IMG/VR virus record: IMGVR_UViG_3300037504_000682
Span: 35,176 to 99,175 of that record
Direction: 5' to 3' (one strand)
Source: a virus
DNA length: 64,000 bases
Below, one piece after another: positions 37,718 to 46,726 of this stretch. Both the position numbers and the translations under genes were made by a program. Under the pieces are notes generated by a model, which was not told the origin of the DNA, searched no databases, and saw nothing but the letters and a program-made list of their open reading frames with translations. Within the stretch, counting starts at the first letter, position 1. Each line of letters begins with the position of its first letter.

Positions 37718-38885
37718 GCTGGCTTTATTTGCCGGAGCAGGAGGCGGGCTCCTCGCCACAAAGTGGCTCCTTGGCTGGGAGACCGTCTGCTACGTCGAAA
37801 AAGAAGAATATCCGGTCAGGATCATCAAGGCACGGATCAGGGACGGACTCCTTGATGACGCCCCGATCTGGTCCGATGTCCGGTCGTTCACCAAGCGAAA
37901 CAATCAGGCACGGCCGTTCATCCGCCAACTGCGGGCGATACGCGGCTCTCTGGTTGTCACGGCGGGTTTCCCCTGTCAACCGTTCAGCCTGGCGGGAAAA
38001 TCCAGAGCCGAGGCAGACGAGCGGAACGGTTGGCCGGATACCGTTCGCATTATTAGAGAAATCCGGCCGGCGTGGGTTTTTCTGGAGAATGTACCAGGAC
38101 TCCTTGCCGGGTCTCACGGATACTATGGCACGATTCTCCAAGAGTTGGCCCAGAGCGGGTATGATGCTCGATGGCGTGTGTTATCTGCGGCCGAGATGGG
38201 AGCGCCGCATCAGCGAGACAGGCTCTGGATTGTGGCCCACGCCCAGGAACAACACCGGGCCGTCGATGGACCGAAAGCATCTCAGCCTCGACGGGGCGGT
38301 GAGGCTATGGCCGACTCCAGTCTATTCGGATCATTCCGATCGAGCACCCGGCCGGCCGCACCTGACCAAAAACGGCACAATCAGGCACGTCAACAAGGCG
38401 GGGCAACAGAGTTTTATGAGGCTGTCCCAGGTGGTCAAACTCTGGCCCACACCGACCGTCAACGGCAACCACAACAGGGCTGGTCTGAGCAAAAAGAGCG
38501 GGGACGGGTTGGCTACGGCCGTCAAGCGGTGGGCGACCCCGAGTGCCAGGGACTGGCGATCAGGCAAGGCGTCAGAGGAAACACACCAGCGCAACGCCCG
38601 GCCGCTATCGGAGCAGGTGATCAGGGCGGAGAAATTCAGGGCGCCAACACAGACCGACGCCACGAAATGGAACAACGCGTCGGTTCAGGAGAGACGGGCA
38701 AAAGGGCGAAGCGTTCGTTTACCCAACCAGGTTGCCCCGGGCCGTGGTGGGCAACTGAACCCGATGTGGGTCGAGTGGCTGATGGGGTGGCCTCTCGGGT
38801 GGACCGACTCAAGGCCCTTGGGAACGGGCAGGTTCCTGACGTGGCTGCGCTCGCGTGGGTTGAATTAACAAAGGATTTATTATGA
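37710..38885 (+). CDS. DNA cytosine-5 methyltransferase, alpha-type chain
   Basis: LFAGAGG (I), GFPCQ (IV), ENV (VI), HQRDR (VIII), LKALGNG (X); region between VIII and X looks non-conserved. Confidence 0.9.
   Translation: MHELALFAGAGGGLLATKWLLGWETVCYVEKEEYPVRIIKARIRDGLLDDAPIWSDVRSFTKRNNQARPFIRQLRAIRGSLVVTAGFPCQPFSLAGKSRAEADERNGWPDTVRIIREIRPAWVFLENVPGLLAGSHGYYGTILQELAQSGYDARWRVLSAAEMGAPHQRDRLWIVAHAQEQHRAVDGPKASQPRRGGEAMADSSLFGSFRSSTRPAAPDQKRHNQARQQGGATEFYEAVPGGQTLAHTDRQRQPQQGWSEQKERGRVGYGRQAVGDPECQGLAIRQGVRGNTPAQRPAAIGAGDQGGEIQGANTDRRHEMEQRVGSGETGKRAKRSFTQPGCPGPWWATEPDVGRVADGVASRVDRLKALGNGQVPDVAALAWVELTKDLL
37714..38868 (+). CDS. Overlapping +1-frame partner (beta-type chain: WPTP repeats + motif IX)
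   Basis: 384 aa open frame with several (L)WPTP repeats and LNPMWVEWLMGWPLGWT. Confidence 0.7.
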   Translation: MSWLYLPEQEAGSSPQSGSLAGRPSATSKKKNIRSGSSRHGSGTDSLMTPRSGPMSGRSPSETIRHGRSSANCGRYAALWLSRRVSPVNRSAWRENPEPRQTSGTVGRIPFALLEKSGRRGFFWRMYQDSLPGLTDTMARFSKSWPRAGMMLDGVCYLRPRWERRISETGSGLWPTPRNNTGPSMDRKHLSLDGAVRLWPTPVYSDHSDRAPGRPHLTKNGTIRHVNKAGQQSFMRLSQVVKLWPTPTVNGNHNRAGLSKKSGDGLATAVKRWATPSARDWRSGKASEETHQRNARPLSEQVIRAEKFRAPTQTDATKWNNASVQERRAKGRSVRLPNQVAPGRGGQLNPMWVEWLMGWPLGWTDSRPLGTGRFLTWLRSRGLN

Positions 38886-39187
38886 CAGTAACCGTATCGC
38901 TCAACAGGGATTACAAAATCTTCCCTATCGGCGGCAATATGCCCGGCCGGGAATGGGTCGACTTTTGGCCGACCTTCATCCCCCTCAAGTCCACTCAGGG
39001 TATCTGGGGTGAAATGTCGGAGCCGCCCCGGGATGGAGACGTTATCGCCGCCGATATGGAGTCCGGCCGGCGGGCCTTGTTTGTCGTTCACGGTATGAGA
39101 AGCCTTGATCCGCCCGACTTTTTTTGTGAAGCCTCATTTGTCGGCTACGAGGACGATAACGAGCTGCCGGAATCGGAGGCCAAATGA
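38882..39187 (+). CDS. Hypothetical protein
   Basis: Coupled ORF. Confidence 0.55.
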   Translation: MTVTVSLNRDYKIFPIGGNMPGREWVDFWPTFIPLKSTQGIWGEMSEPPRDGDVIAADMESGRRALFVVHGMRSLDPPDFFCEASFVGYEDDNELPESEAK

Positions 39188-40146
39188 GTCACCTCCCCGC
39201 CCCCCGCACGTCCACCCCGGCCGCTCTCCAGACCGTCATCACCCTATGGGCCGACCACGTCACCGACCCGGCCAGCCCCCGCCGGCGGGACCTGCTGCGG
39301 GACAAGACCAAGGCCGCGCTCGACTTCTTCGAGTTCGCCGGCCGGCCCCCGGCCGCCGTTGGCCCGGTCGAGGTCAAGAATTGGCAGGCCGAACTTGAGG
39401 CCCAGGGGCTGGCCACGTCCACGATCTACGCCAAGATCAGCCGGGTGTCATCGTTCTATAACTGGGCCATCGAGGCCGGCCACGTGGAGCGCAACCCGGT
39501 CGATGAGGCCCGGCCCCGGGCTCCCCGGCCCTACCAGAGCGAGAGCACCCAGTCCCTGAGCGACGACGACGTGGCCCGGCTGCTGGAGGTGGTCCGGGAG
39601 CGAGACGACCTGGTGGGCCGGCGGGATTACGCGATGCTCACCTTGTACTTCTTCTCCGGCAAGCGCCGGCGGGAGATCGTGCAGCTGCGGGCCGGGGACG
39701 TGCGGATCAAGGGAGAGAAGCTGATCATCCGTTCCCAGGTCAAGGGCGGCGACTACGAAGCCTTTGAGGTCGACAACCCTCTGGCCGTCGAGGCCCTCGC
39801 CGCCTATCTGGCCCGGCGGGGTGTCAGCCTGGCCGACCTGGCCGAGGATGCGCCGCTGTGGGTAGTCAGCCGCAAGGCCGGCAAGTATGCCGGTCGAGCC
39901 ATCAGTAGCCACGGTTTCGTGGCCAATTTGAAGCGGTACGCCAGGGCCGCCGGCCTGGGCGACATCCACCTGCACCAGACCCGGCACACGTTTGCGAGGT
40001 GGGTGGGCGAGGAGAGCGGCAGCCTCCAGGAGGCCCAGGCAGCGCTGGGGCATAGGAACGTGGGGACTACCCGGGTGTATCTGCCCCGGGTGGCGGTGAA
40101 GAAGGATCATTATAGCCAGAAGATTAGCGAAAGGTTGGGATTGTGA
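39184..40146 (+). CDS. Second tyrosine recombinase (Xer/Cre-like)
   Basis: RDYAML...SGKRRREI, VKGG, HQTRH, LGH, TTRVY. Confidence 0.9.
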   Translation: MSHLPAPRTSTPAALQTVITLWADHVTDPASPRRRDLLRDKTKAALDFFEFAGRPPAAVGPVEVKNWQAELEAQGLATSTIYAKISRVSSFYNWAIEAGHVERNPVDEARPRAPRPYQSESTQSLSDDDVARLLEVVRERDDLVGRRDYAMLTLYFFSGKRRREIVQLRAGDVRIKGEKLIIRSQVKGGDYEAFEVDNPLAVEALAAYLARRGVSLADLAEDAPLWVVSRKAGKYAGRAISSHGFVANLKRYARAAGLGDIHLHQTRHTFARWVGEESGSLQEAQAALGHRNVGTTRVYLPRVAVKKDHYSQKISERLGL

Positions 40147-40403
40147 CTACCGACTACACCAACGGCAACTGGCACGCGGCCACCCTGGGCGAATTCGTGT
40201 CTCTGTTGATTGATAGCGGCGGCGATCCGGCGGTTATTTTTCGGGTGGTAGAAGATGAACCAAGTAAAGACGGCGCGTTCGTCAGGCACCTGGAAGTGAT
40301 GATGCTACCGCAGGGGCGGGTAAAAGAGAAGATCAACCAGGTCAAGCCGGAATCGATCCACAACACGCTGGTAGACCTGATTAAGGCAGGGGTGGTGAAA
40401 TGA
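40143..40403 (+). CDS. Hypothetical protein
   Basis: Coupled ORF. Confidence 0.5.
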   Translation: MTTDYTNGNWHAATLGEFVSLLIDSGGDPAVIFRVVEDEPSKDGAFVRHLEVMMLPQGRVKEKINQVKPESIHNTLVDLIKAGVVK

Positions 40404-41008
40404 AACAAATCGGCATTACCGGCGCTCTGGTTCTACTCATCGCCTTATCTTGCAGCATCTTCTCCGTTCGGATCGGCTCTTCGGTCGGCCGGTCAATCGA
40501 GACCGCCGCCCACCAGCGGGCCGCAGACCGGTCCCAGGCCCGGCAGGAGCGGGACCAGTGGCACCGGCTGGCCATGGAGGAGGCCCGGCAGACAGCGTCG
40601 TACCGGATCGCAGCCAAGCGAGCCACCTGGTACTGGCTGTCCATTTTCGGCATCGGCTCCGGCGCAACCATCATGGTGACCGGGGTTTTATCGGTGGCCT
40701 GGTGGATGATCGGCCGCAGCCGGGCCGCAGTGGAGCGGTCTCGCAGAGAAGCGCGGTTGATTCCGGTCGATCCGGAGACGCGCCAGTTCCCACTGTTCGT
40801 TTACGAGCTGGCCGGCGCTCCCCGCATATACAACCCAAACACCGGCAGCGTGGTGACCCTGGAGGCGGGCCGGGACGAGATACCGATGCTGATCACCGGC
40901 TCATCGGCCACCCAGTTGGCCGGGGCGATTGCCCAGCAGGCGGCTAAAGCCCAGGACGCCGGCAGTGTGGCGATGATAAGCCCGCCGCTGGTGGTGGAGG
41001 ACAAATGA
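40400..41008 (+). CDS. Membrane protein
   Basis: Two hydrophobic segments. Confidence 0.6.
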   Translation: MKQIGITGALVLLIALSCSIFSVRIGSSVGRSIETAAHQRAADRSQARQERDQWHRLAMEEARQTASYRIAAKRATWYWLSIFGIGSGATIMVTGVLSVAWWMIGRSRAAVERSRREARLIPVDPETRQFPLFVYELAGAPRIYNPNTGSVVTLEAGRDEIPMLITGSSATQLAGAIAQQAAKAQDAGSVAMISPPLVVEDK

Positions 41009-42189
41009 GACTGACCCAACAACCCCTCTTTGGCGACCGGCTCACCCTGATCGAAGCTATCGGCCTGACCGTCGAGTCACTCCAGGCCTACGGCTCCGAC
41101 TACCACCACTGGGTCCTGGCCTTCAGCGGCGGCAAGGATTCAACCGTGGTCGTCTCCCTTCTGGCCTGGCTCATCGAGCAGGGCCACATCGAGCCCCCAC
41201 CGGCCGGGATCACCGTCCTGATGAGCGACACCCGCCAGGAGTTCCTGCCGCTGCACCTGGCCGCCCTGGAGACGCTGAAGGTCGCCCAATCCTGCGGCTT
41301 CAGGGCCCGGGTAGTCCAGCCGCCGTTCGATCATCGGATGTACGTTTATATGCTCGGCCGGGGCGTCCCGCCGGCCAGCAACGTCTTTCGCTGGTGTACC
41401 CGGATACTCAAGGCCGACCCGATGGCCCGGGCCATTGAGGCCCTGGCCGAAACAAACGGCCAGGTGCTGGTCTTGACCGGTGTCCGGCAGGGCGAGAGCG
41501 CGGCCCGGGATCAACGGATCGCTCTCTCGTGCAGCCGGGACGGTGGCGAGTGTGGGCAGGGGTGGTTTCAGAACGCCAGCCGGGACGGGGTGGCCAGCAC
41601 CCTGGCCCCGCTGCTGCACTGGCGATTGTGCCACATCGAGGACTGGCTGCGCTTCTACGCCCCAGAGATCGGCCTGGACAGCCGGCCCATAATCGACATT
41701 TACGGCTTTGAGGAAGACGAGCAGATGAACCTCCGGACCGGCTGCGCCGGCTGTATGCTCATCGAGGAGGACCGGGCCCTGGCCAGGATCGTGCAGCTGC
41801 CGGGGTGGGGCTACCTGGCCCCATTGCAAAGGCTCAAGGCGGTGTATCGGGAGCTGAAGCGGCCCCAGAACCGGCTCAGGAAGTGGGGCGAACGTAAGAA
41901 GGACGGCTCGCTCGGGGCCAAGCAGGGCCGACTGGGCCCGCTTACGATGGAGGCGCGGCGCTGGGGACTGGAGCAGGTGCTGGCCATCCAGGAGGAGATA
42001 AACGGCGCGGCCCGGGTGCTGGGGCGGCCGGAGCTACACCTGATCACCGATGCCGAGCGGGAGAGGGTGCTGGAGCTGATCGAGGCCAACACGTGGCCCA
42101 GGGGCTGGACAGGAGAGGAGCCCCGGGGTGATGAGTTGGTGGATAAGATTGTGGCCGAGGGGGTGACCCTGCCGGTGTTGATTTCTTAG
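41005..42189 (+). CDS. PAPS-reductase-family (DndC-like) protein
   Basis: AFSGGKDS PP-loop, RWCT..LK..P, GVRQGESAARD, RTGCAGC, GPLT.EAR. Confidence 0.8.
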   Translation: MRLTQQPLFGDRLTLIEAIGLTVESLQAYGSDYHHWVLAFSGGKDSTVVVSLLAWLIEQGHIEPPPAGITVLMSDTRQEFLPLHLAALETLKVAQSCGFRARVVQPPFDHRMYVYMLGRGVPPASNVFRWCTRILKADPMARAIEALAETNGQVLVLTGVRQGESAARDQRIALSCSRDGGECGQGWFQNASRDGVASTLAPLLHWRLCHIEDWLRFYAPEIGLDSRPIIDIYGFEEDEQMNLRTGCAGCMLIEEDRALARIVQLPGWGYLAPLQRLKAVYRELKRPQNRLRKWGERKKDGSLGAKQGRLGPLTMEARRWGLEQVLAIQEEINGAARVLGRPELHLITDAERERVLELIEANTWPRGWTGEEPRGDELVDKIVAEGVTLPVLIS

Positions 42190-42202
42190 AGGAGGAAGTG
42201 CA

Positions 42203-42652
42203 ATGATTTTCGCCCACACCCACACCTGGATCACCGGCGCCAGTCCCCACACCGGCCGGGCCAAGACCCAGACCCGCCGGCTGGTGCCGCCTTATACCAC
42301 CTGTCAATTCTTGATGAATGGCGGATCGGCCTTTCGGCCTGTTGGTATCTTACCGACAGGTGCCACAGTGCTGGCCGTCTACAAATATAAGGGCGATGGG
42401 CAGTATCGCCTGGCCTACGAGGTCGGCCGGACCTACGCCGTTCAGCCCGGCCGGGGCAAGCCGGCGGTCGCCCGCTTCCGGCTGAAGCGGATCCGGCTGG
42501 AGCGGCTCCAGGAGATCGGCCTGGCCGACGCCCAGGCCGAGGGGTGCCGGGACGTGGCGCATTTTAGGGGGCTGTGGACGGAAATCCACGGCGATGGAGA
42601 GAACAGCTGGGAGGCTAACCCGCCGGTGTTTGTGCTGGAGATGGAGGTGTAA
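42203..42652 (+). CDS. ASCH/PUA-like domain protein
   Basis: KTQTRR...IRLERLQEI..ADAQAEG...W.ANP.V. Confidence 0.65.
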   Translation: MIFAHTHTWITGASPHTGRAKTQTRRLVPPYTTCQFLMNGGSAFRPVGILPTGATVLAVYKYKGDGQYRLAYEVGRTYAVQPGRGKPAVARFRLKRIRLERLQEIGLADAQAEGCRDVAHFRGLWTEIHGDGENSWEANPPVFVLEMEV

Positions 42653-42675
42653 GATGGATATAGGACACGAGGTTT

Positions 42676-43269
42676 GTGGACCTGGAACGAAGGGTGGAGT
42701 CACAAATGGGTAAAGTAACCGAAATACCACTGGCCAGCCAAGGCCAACCGCCCAAACTCCCAACGGACGTTCTGGAAATGGAGGCCGGCCCGGCCCTGGA
42801 TGAGGTGATCGGCCGGCTCATCAACTCTCACTACACCCGCAAGTGGTGGGCGATGAACAGGGAGGAGACGGCGCTTTATATCGACTTCGACTACCAGGGC
42901 GAGGCTAACGAGTGGCTAGCCAAAGAGGTCGAGCGCCGGCCGGAGTATGTGAGAGAAAACGGTATCCATATTGTTTACCGGCGAATTTACCCCCGCTTCT
43001 CCCGCAGTCTGGACGAGGCCACGGTGCTGCTGACCCGCTTTCGCCTGGCCCTGGCCCCGTTGGTTGCCCTGGATGGGGCGATTATGGACGCTCCGGACTT
43101 CAACTGGTGGTGTGGCCGGCTAGGGTTCGATAACGAGGCAGTTCAGGAATGGAACGACGAGTATATCGGCACCTGGGCCGAGACGGCCCCGCTGGCCGTC
43201 TGCCGGGCGGTGTTGCTGGCGGCGGTGGGGGGGGTGGGGGATAGGGAGGCGAGACGAGATGGCCGTTAG
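42676..43269 (+). CDS. Phage protein (ABA-sandwich-like pattern)
   Basis: AGPALD..I...PRFS.SLD.A...AETAPLAVCRA. Confidence 0.55.
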   Translation: MDLERRVESQMGKVTEIPLASQGQPPKLPTDVLEMEAGPALDEVIGRLINSHYTRKWWAMNREETALYIDFDYQGEANEWLAKEVERRPEYVRENGIHIVYRRIYPRFSRSLDEATVLLTRFRLALAPLVALDGAIMDAPDFNWWCGRLGFDNEAVQEWNDEYIGTWAETAPLAVCRAVLLAAVGGVGDREARRDGR

Positions 43270-43528
43270 TCCGACCTGGGAGACGGTTTATTCCAGAACC
43301 GCCGGAGCATATGTATTGTGCTCGTGTGGGGCAATTCTTCAAACAATTCAGCGGGTCCGCGAGCACTGGCAAGCCGGCCATTTTGATTACGAGCACGCCA
43401 CCGCAAAAAGACACGCTCACGATCTGGCCTTTTTGGATGGGGGCGAGGGCGTGTACTGTATGGATGTCGATTGCGATTTCAGACTGGAGGGCGATGAGCT
43501 ATTGCGGTATATCAACGAAAAGGAGTAG
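43259..43528 (+). CDS. Hypothetical protein
   Basis: Cys/His small ORF. Confidence 0.5.
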   Translation: MAVSPTWETVYSRTAGAYVLCSCGAILQTIQRVREHWQAGHFDYEHATAKRHAHDLAFLDGGEGVYCMDVDCDFRLEGDELLRYINEKE

Positions 43529-43535
43529 TGATAAA

Positions 43536-43751
43536 ATGGCGATTGACACCAGTAGAGAAGTAGAAGCCGGCTTTTTCACCCGGTGGATGACAGTGGACAA
43601 ACTCAGGAAGGCTCTGGAGCAGCTCCAAGACACCGACGAAATCTTACCCGACAAGGTCGGCAATCTATCCGTGCCCCGAGATGGAGAGGTGATCGGATAT
43701 ATCGACTTCCAGGAAGAGGAGTTTGTCGACCTCCGACCAGTGGCCAAATAA
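43536..43751 (+). CDS. Hypothetical protein
   Basis: AAGGAG RBS. Confidence 0.55.
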   Translation: MAIDTSREVEAGFFTRWMTVDKLRKALEQLQDTDEILPDKVGNLSVPRDGEVIGYIDFQEEEFVDLRPVAK

Positions 43752-43759
43752 CCTCCCTA

Positions 43760-43823
43760 TTGCAACATCAGAATAAATGTGTTACACTAATATCAGCGGC
43801 GGAGCTATTCCGCCGTTTTTTAT
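43760..43823 (+). promoter_or_regulatory. Putative late promoter 2 (capsid/tail operon) with immediate terminator hairpin
   Basis: TTGCAA-17 bp-TACACT then GCGGCGGA...TCCGCCGT + T run. Confidence 0.7.
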
Positions 43824-44025
43824 TGGAGAAACCTATGCCGGCCTGGATCGTCAAACTGGCCCAGCGACTGATGGCCCTTGAGCCCGGCCGCTGGCAGATC
43901 ATCCTGACCATAGATAAGGACCGTCAGGACTGGACCGTGATCCAGCTCGGCAAGGTAGAGAAACCCTGACATTCAAATAGGCCCGGCCACCATACCGGGC
44001 AACAGCACCAGGAACGCAGACACAC

Positions 44026-44065
44026 GGCGCTATCCGGCCCTTACGGCCAGGTAGCGCCTTTTTTT
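44026..44065 (+). terminator. Leader terminator before scaffold gene
   Basis: GGCGCTA...TAGCGCC + T7. Confidence 0.65.
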
Positions 44066-44088
44066 ATTTCGGCTCAAGGAGACGACCG

Positions 44089-44880
44089 ATGTTCAAATCA
44101 ATCAGCTTGCTCTTTTGGTTCCTTTTCCCGCTTCTGTCCCTGTCCCTTGCGGACGGCGACGGAGGCGGCGGCGGTCAGCCACCCTCCACCCCTCCCCCAG
44201 CCACCCCACCGGCCCCTAACCCCGACCCGGGCGTGGCCGCCGGTATCAACAACCTGATCGAGCGATACAACTCTGATATGCGGGCGGTAATCGACAAGCT
44301 GTACACCGAAAACTACTCGTACCGCGAAACAATCCGGGACCTCAAAGAGCAAAACGACGACCTCAAGAGCCGAATTCCCAAGGACAGCCAGGCAGTGCTG
44401 CCCAAGGAAGACGCGCAGCTCCTGGAGCAGTACAAGGAGCTGGGCGAACCAGACGCAATCAAGGAGCTCCAGGGTGAGCTTGAAACCACCAAGGAGCAGC
44501 TAGGAGCGCTCCAGAAGGACCAGGTACTCCGGGACGTGGCTGAGGCCGCCGGCTTCAAGCTGCCGGTCTTAAAGCGCCTCGGCGCTGAGCTGGACTACGA
44601 GCTGCGGGAAGTCGAGCAGGACGGGGAGAAGCAGACCGTCGCCTACGTCAAAAATGGCGATGGCGAGGCCAAACCCCTGGCCGACTACGCCAAGGATCAA
44701 TGGGCCGACTTTATGCCGGCCCTCACGGCCGAACCCCAGCCGCCGGCCCAGCAGGGCACCCGATACCCGGCCCAGGACGCGGGCTCGCCAACCCCCAAGG
44801 GCAACGTGGTGGATGAATTCATTTCCGGCACTAACAAAGCCCGCGCCGAAAAACCTAATCCGTTAGTCAAGCAGCAATAA
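44089..44880 (+). CDS. Capsid scaffolding protein
   Basis: Gly/Pro N-terminal linker, coiled coil, position before head genes. Confidence 0.7.
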   Translation: MFKSISLLFWFLFPLLSLSLADGDGGGGGQPPSTPPPATPPAPNPDPGVAAGINNLIERYNSDMRAVIDKLYTENYSYRETIRDLKEQNDDLKSRIPKDSQAVLPKEDAQLLEQYKELGEPDAIKELQGELETTKEQLGALQKDQVLRDVAEAAGFKLPVLKRLGAELDYELREVEQDGEKQTVAYVKNGDGEAKPLADYAKDQWADFMPALTAEPQPPAQQGTRYPAQDAGSPTPKGNVVDEFISGTNKARAEKPNPLVKQQ

Positions 44881-44891
44881 AGGAGACTCCT

Positions 44892-45548
44892 ATGGCAAGA
44901 GCAACCTATTACGTTACCCGTCCGCCCTTTGTGGTCGATCCCGACAGTATCGACCGCTCCAGCGGCCGGCAGATCGACTGGGATAACGTGCCGGAAAGCT
45001 ACCGGCAGGGAGCGGTGACCGTCACGGCCGCCACCAACGCCGACGCGGCCGCCACCCAGATCACCGTCAGCGCCCTGGGCGGGTCGATCCCGACCGAGAC
45101 CAACCTGTACTTCGGGGAAGCCGGGGAATTCGCCCGGCTGGCCGCTGCGGCCGCCTCCGGGGCGACCCAGATCACGGTCGACGCCCTGGGCACCACCATC
45201 GAGAGCGGTGACAGCGCCGTCTACCCCGGCACCGGGGCCAAGAAAATCCCGGCCGGCAAGGCGATGTGTGAGCTGGCCAGTGGCAAGATCCTCCCCCGGG
45301 TCAACCGGCCCGGCAGTGAGGTTGCGGCCGGCTTCCTGGAGACCAACGCCGTCGAGGGTGAGGTTCAAGCCGCCAAGACCGGCTACGGAATGATCATCGG
45401 CGGGGTGCTGTATGAGAACCTGCTGCCGGATGCGACCGGCGGCACCACCGGCACCATCAGCCAGGACTACAAAAACGAGCTCGCCTCAGCGACCAACGGC
45501 AAGGCCACCGGCTTCGCGTTCGAGCAGTATCGAGACAACCGGAGCTAG
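44892..45548 (+). CDS. Head decoration protein
   Basis: Between scaffold and capsid; KKIPAG...GG..YE..LP pattern with inserted beta-rich domain. Confidence 0.6.
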   Translation: MARATYYVTRPPFVVDPDSIDRSSGRQIDWDNVPESYRQGAVTVTAATNADAAATQITVSALGGSIPTETNLYFGEAGEFARLAAAAASGATQITVDALGTTIESGDSAVYPGTGAKKIPAGKAMCELASGKILPRVNRPGSEVAAGFLETNAVEGEVQAAKTGYGMIIGGVLYENLLPDATGGTTGTISQDYKNELASATNGKATGFAFEQYRDNRS

Positions 45549-45587
45549 TAGAGGCTTCGGAGCGAACAACTAAAATCGGAGGCCAAT

Positions 45588-46700
45588 ATGAATTTCAACT
45601 TTTCCCAGGCTTTAGCGGCCCTGCCGCAGGGGGCAATGTTTCAGGTGGCCAATCAGGCCAGACCCCCGGCCAACTATCTCTTCAATACCCTGCTGCCTGA
45701 GCGCGGCAGCTACGACTACCAGGCCAAGAGCGGCTCGATGACCGTCCGGACCACCATGGCCGGCCTGGCCGCAATGGACAGCCCTTACGCCGAAGGCGGC
45801 GTGATCGAAGTCTCCACCTTCACCGAGGAGACGGCCAAGGTGGCCAACCGGGTCCGCCTGCCGGAAGCGGCGCTGCGCCAGCTGCAAAATATGCTGATGC
45901 ACCTGCAACTAAACGGCCAGCCCACCACCGAGGTAATGCAGCGGGAAGCGCTCAACTTCGGCGACAAGCTGGTCGTCCAGGCCCACCTGGACACCTTCGA
46001 GTATCTGCGAGGCCAGGCTCTGGTCAATGGCCAGATCGACTGGACCTTCAACAAGAAACGGCTCCTGGTCGACTACGGCATCCCGGCCGCCAACATCCTG
46101 ACCCAGCGAACCGGCAACGACGCCTACAGCGGCACCGCCTCGAAGTTTTGGGACGACGTGAAGCTAGTCCGCAAGGGCCTCAAGCGCCAGATCCGGGCCG
46201 CCATCGCCCACCCCGACACCATCGACGACATCGTCTACAACACGGCCAACTCAATCTGGAACGCTTCCGACAACGGCTCGTCCGTCACCATCAGCCGACG
46301 GGCCGGCGGCGAGACCACGGCCGACCGGGAAGAGGAGAGCGAGCTGTACCGGGTCACCCTGATCCCGTATGGCCTGGAAGGTGAAATCTTCGACCTCTCC
46401 AACCCTGGCCAGACGATCACCGTGCCGTTTATGCCCCGGGGCAAAATCCTGTGGGTCGGCAGCGCCACCCGACCGCGCTACGTGGTCGGCGAGGGCTCGA
46501 CCCGGGACGTGGAGTACGCCCTGGGCTACACCCACCTGGCCCCGACCGTCGAGGCCGGCGGGACGCCCGGCCGGTGGATGCAGGTCTACACGCCGGAGGG
46601 TGAGCCCTGGACCATCGAGGGACGCGGCGTCACAAACGGCCTGCCCGTCCTAGAAGAACCAGAGCTCCTGGTTATTTCTTCGACCGAAATGAGCAGCTAA
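45588..46700 (+). CDS. Major capsid protein
   Basis: 370 aa; E..RGQAL..G.I...VDYGIP pattern of lambda gpE-like capsids. Confidence 0.8.
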   Translation: MNFNFSQALAALPQGAMFQVANQARPPANYLFNTLLPERGSYDYQAKSGSMTVRTTMAGLAAMDSPYAEGGVIEVSTFTEETAKVANRVRLPEAALRQLQNMLMHLQLNGQPTTEVMQREALNFGDKLVVQAHLDTFEYLRGQALVNGQIDWTFNKKRLLVDYGIPAANILTQRTGNDAYSGTASKFWDDVKLVRKGLKRQIRAAIAHPDTIDDIVYNTANSIWNASDNGSSVTISRRAGGETTADREEESELYRVTLIPYGLEGEIFDLSNPGQTITVPFMPRGKILWVGSATRPRYVVGEGSTRDVEYALGYTHLAPTVEAGGTPGRWMQVYTPEGEPWTIEGRGVTNGLPVLEEPELLVISSTEMSS

Positions 46701-46726
46701 CCGCTGCCTGACAAATCTCAAGGAGA

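Noticed and set aside
41005-42189. Complete Dnd phosphorothioation system
   Set aside because: No dndA/B/D/E-like neighbours
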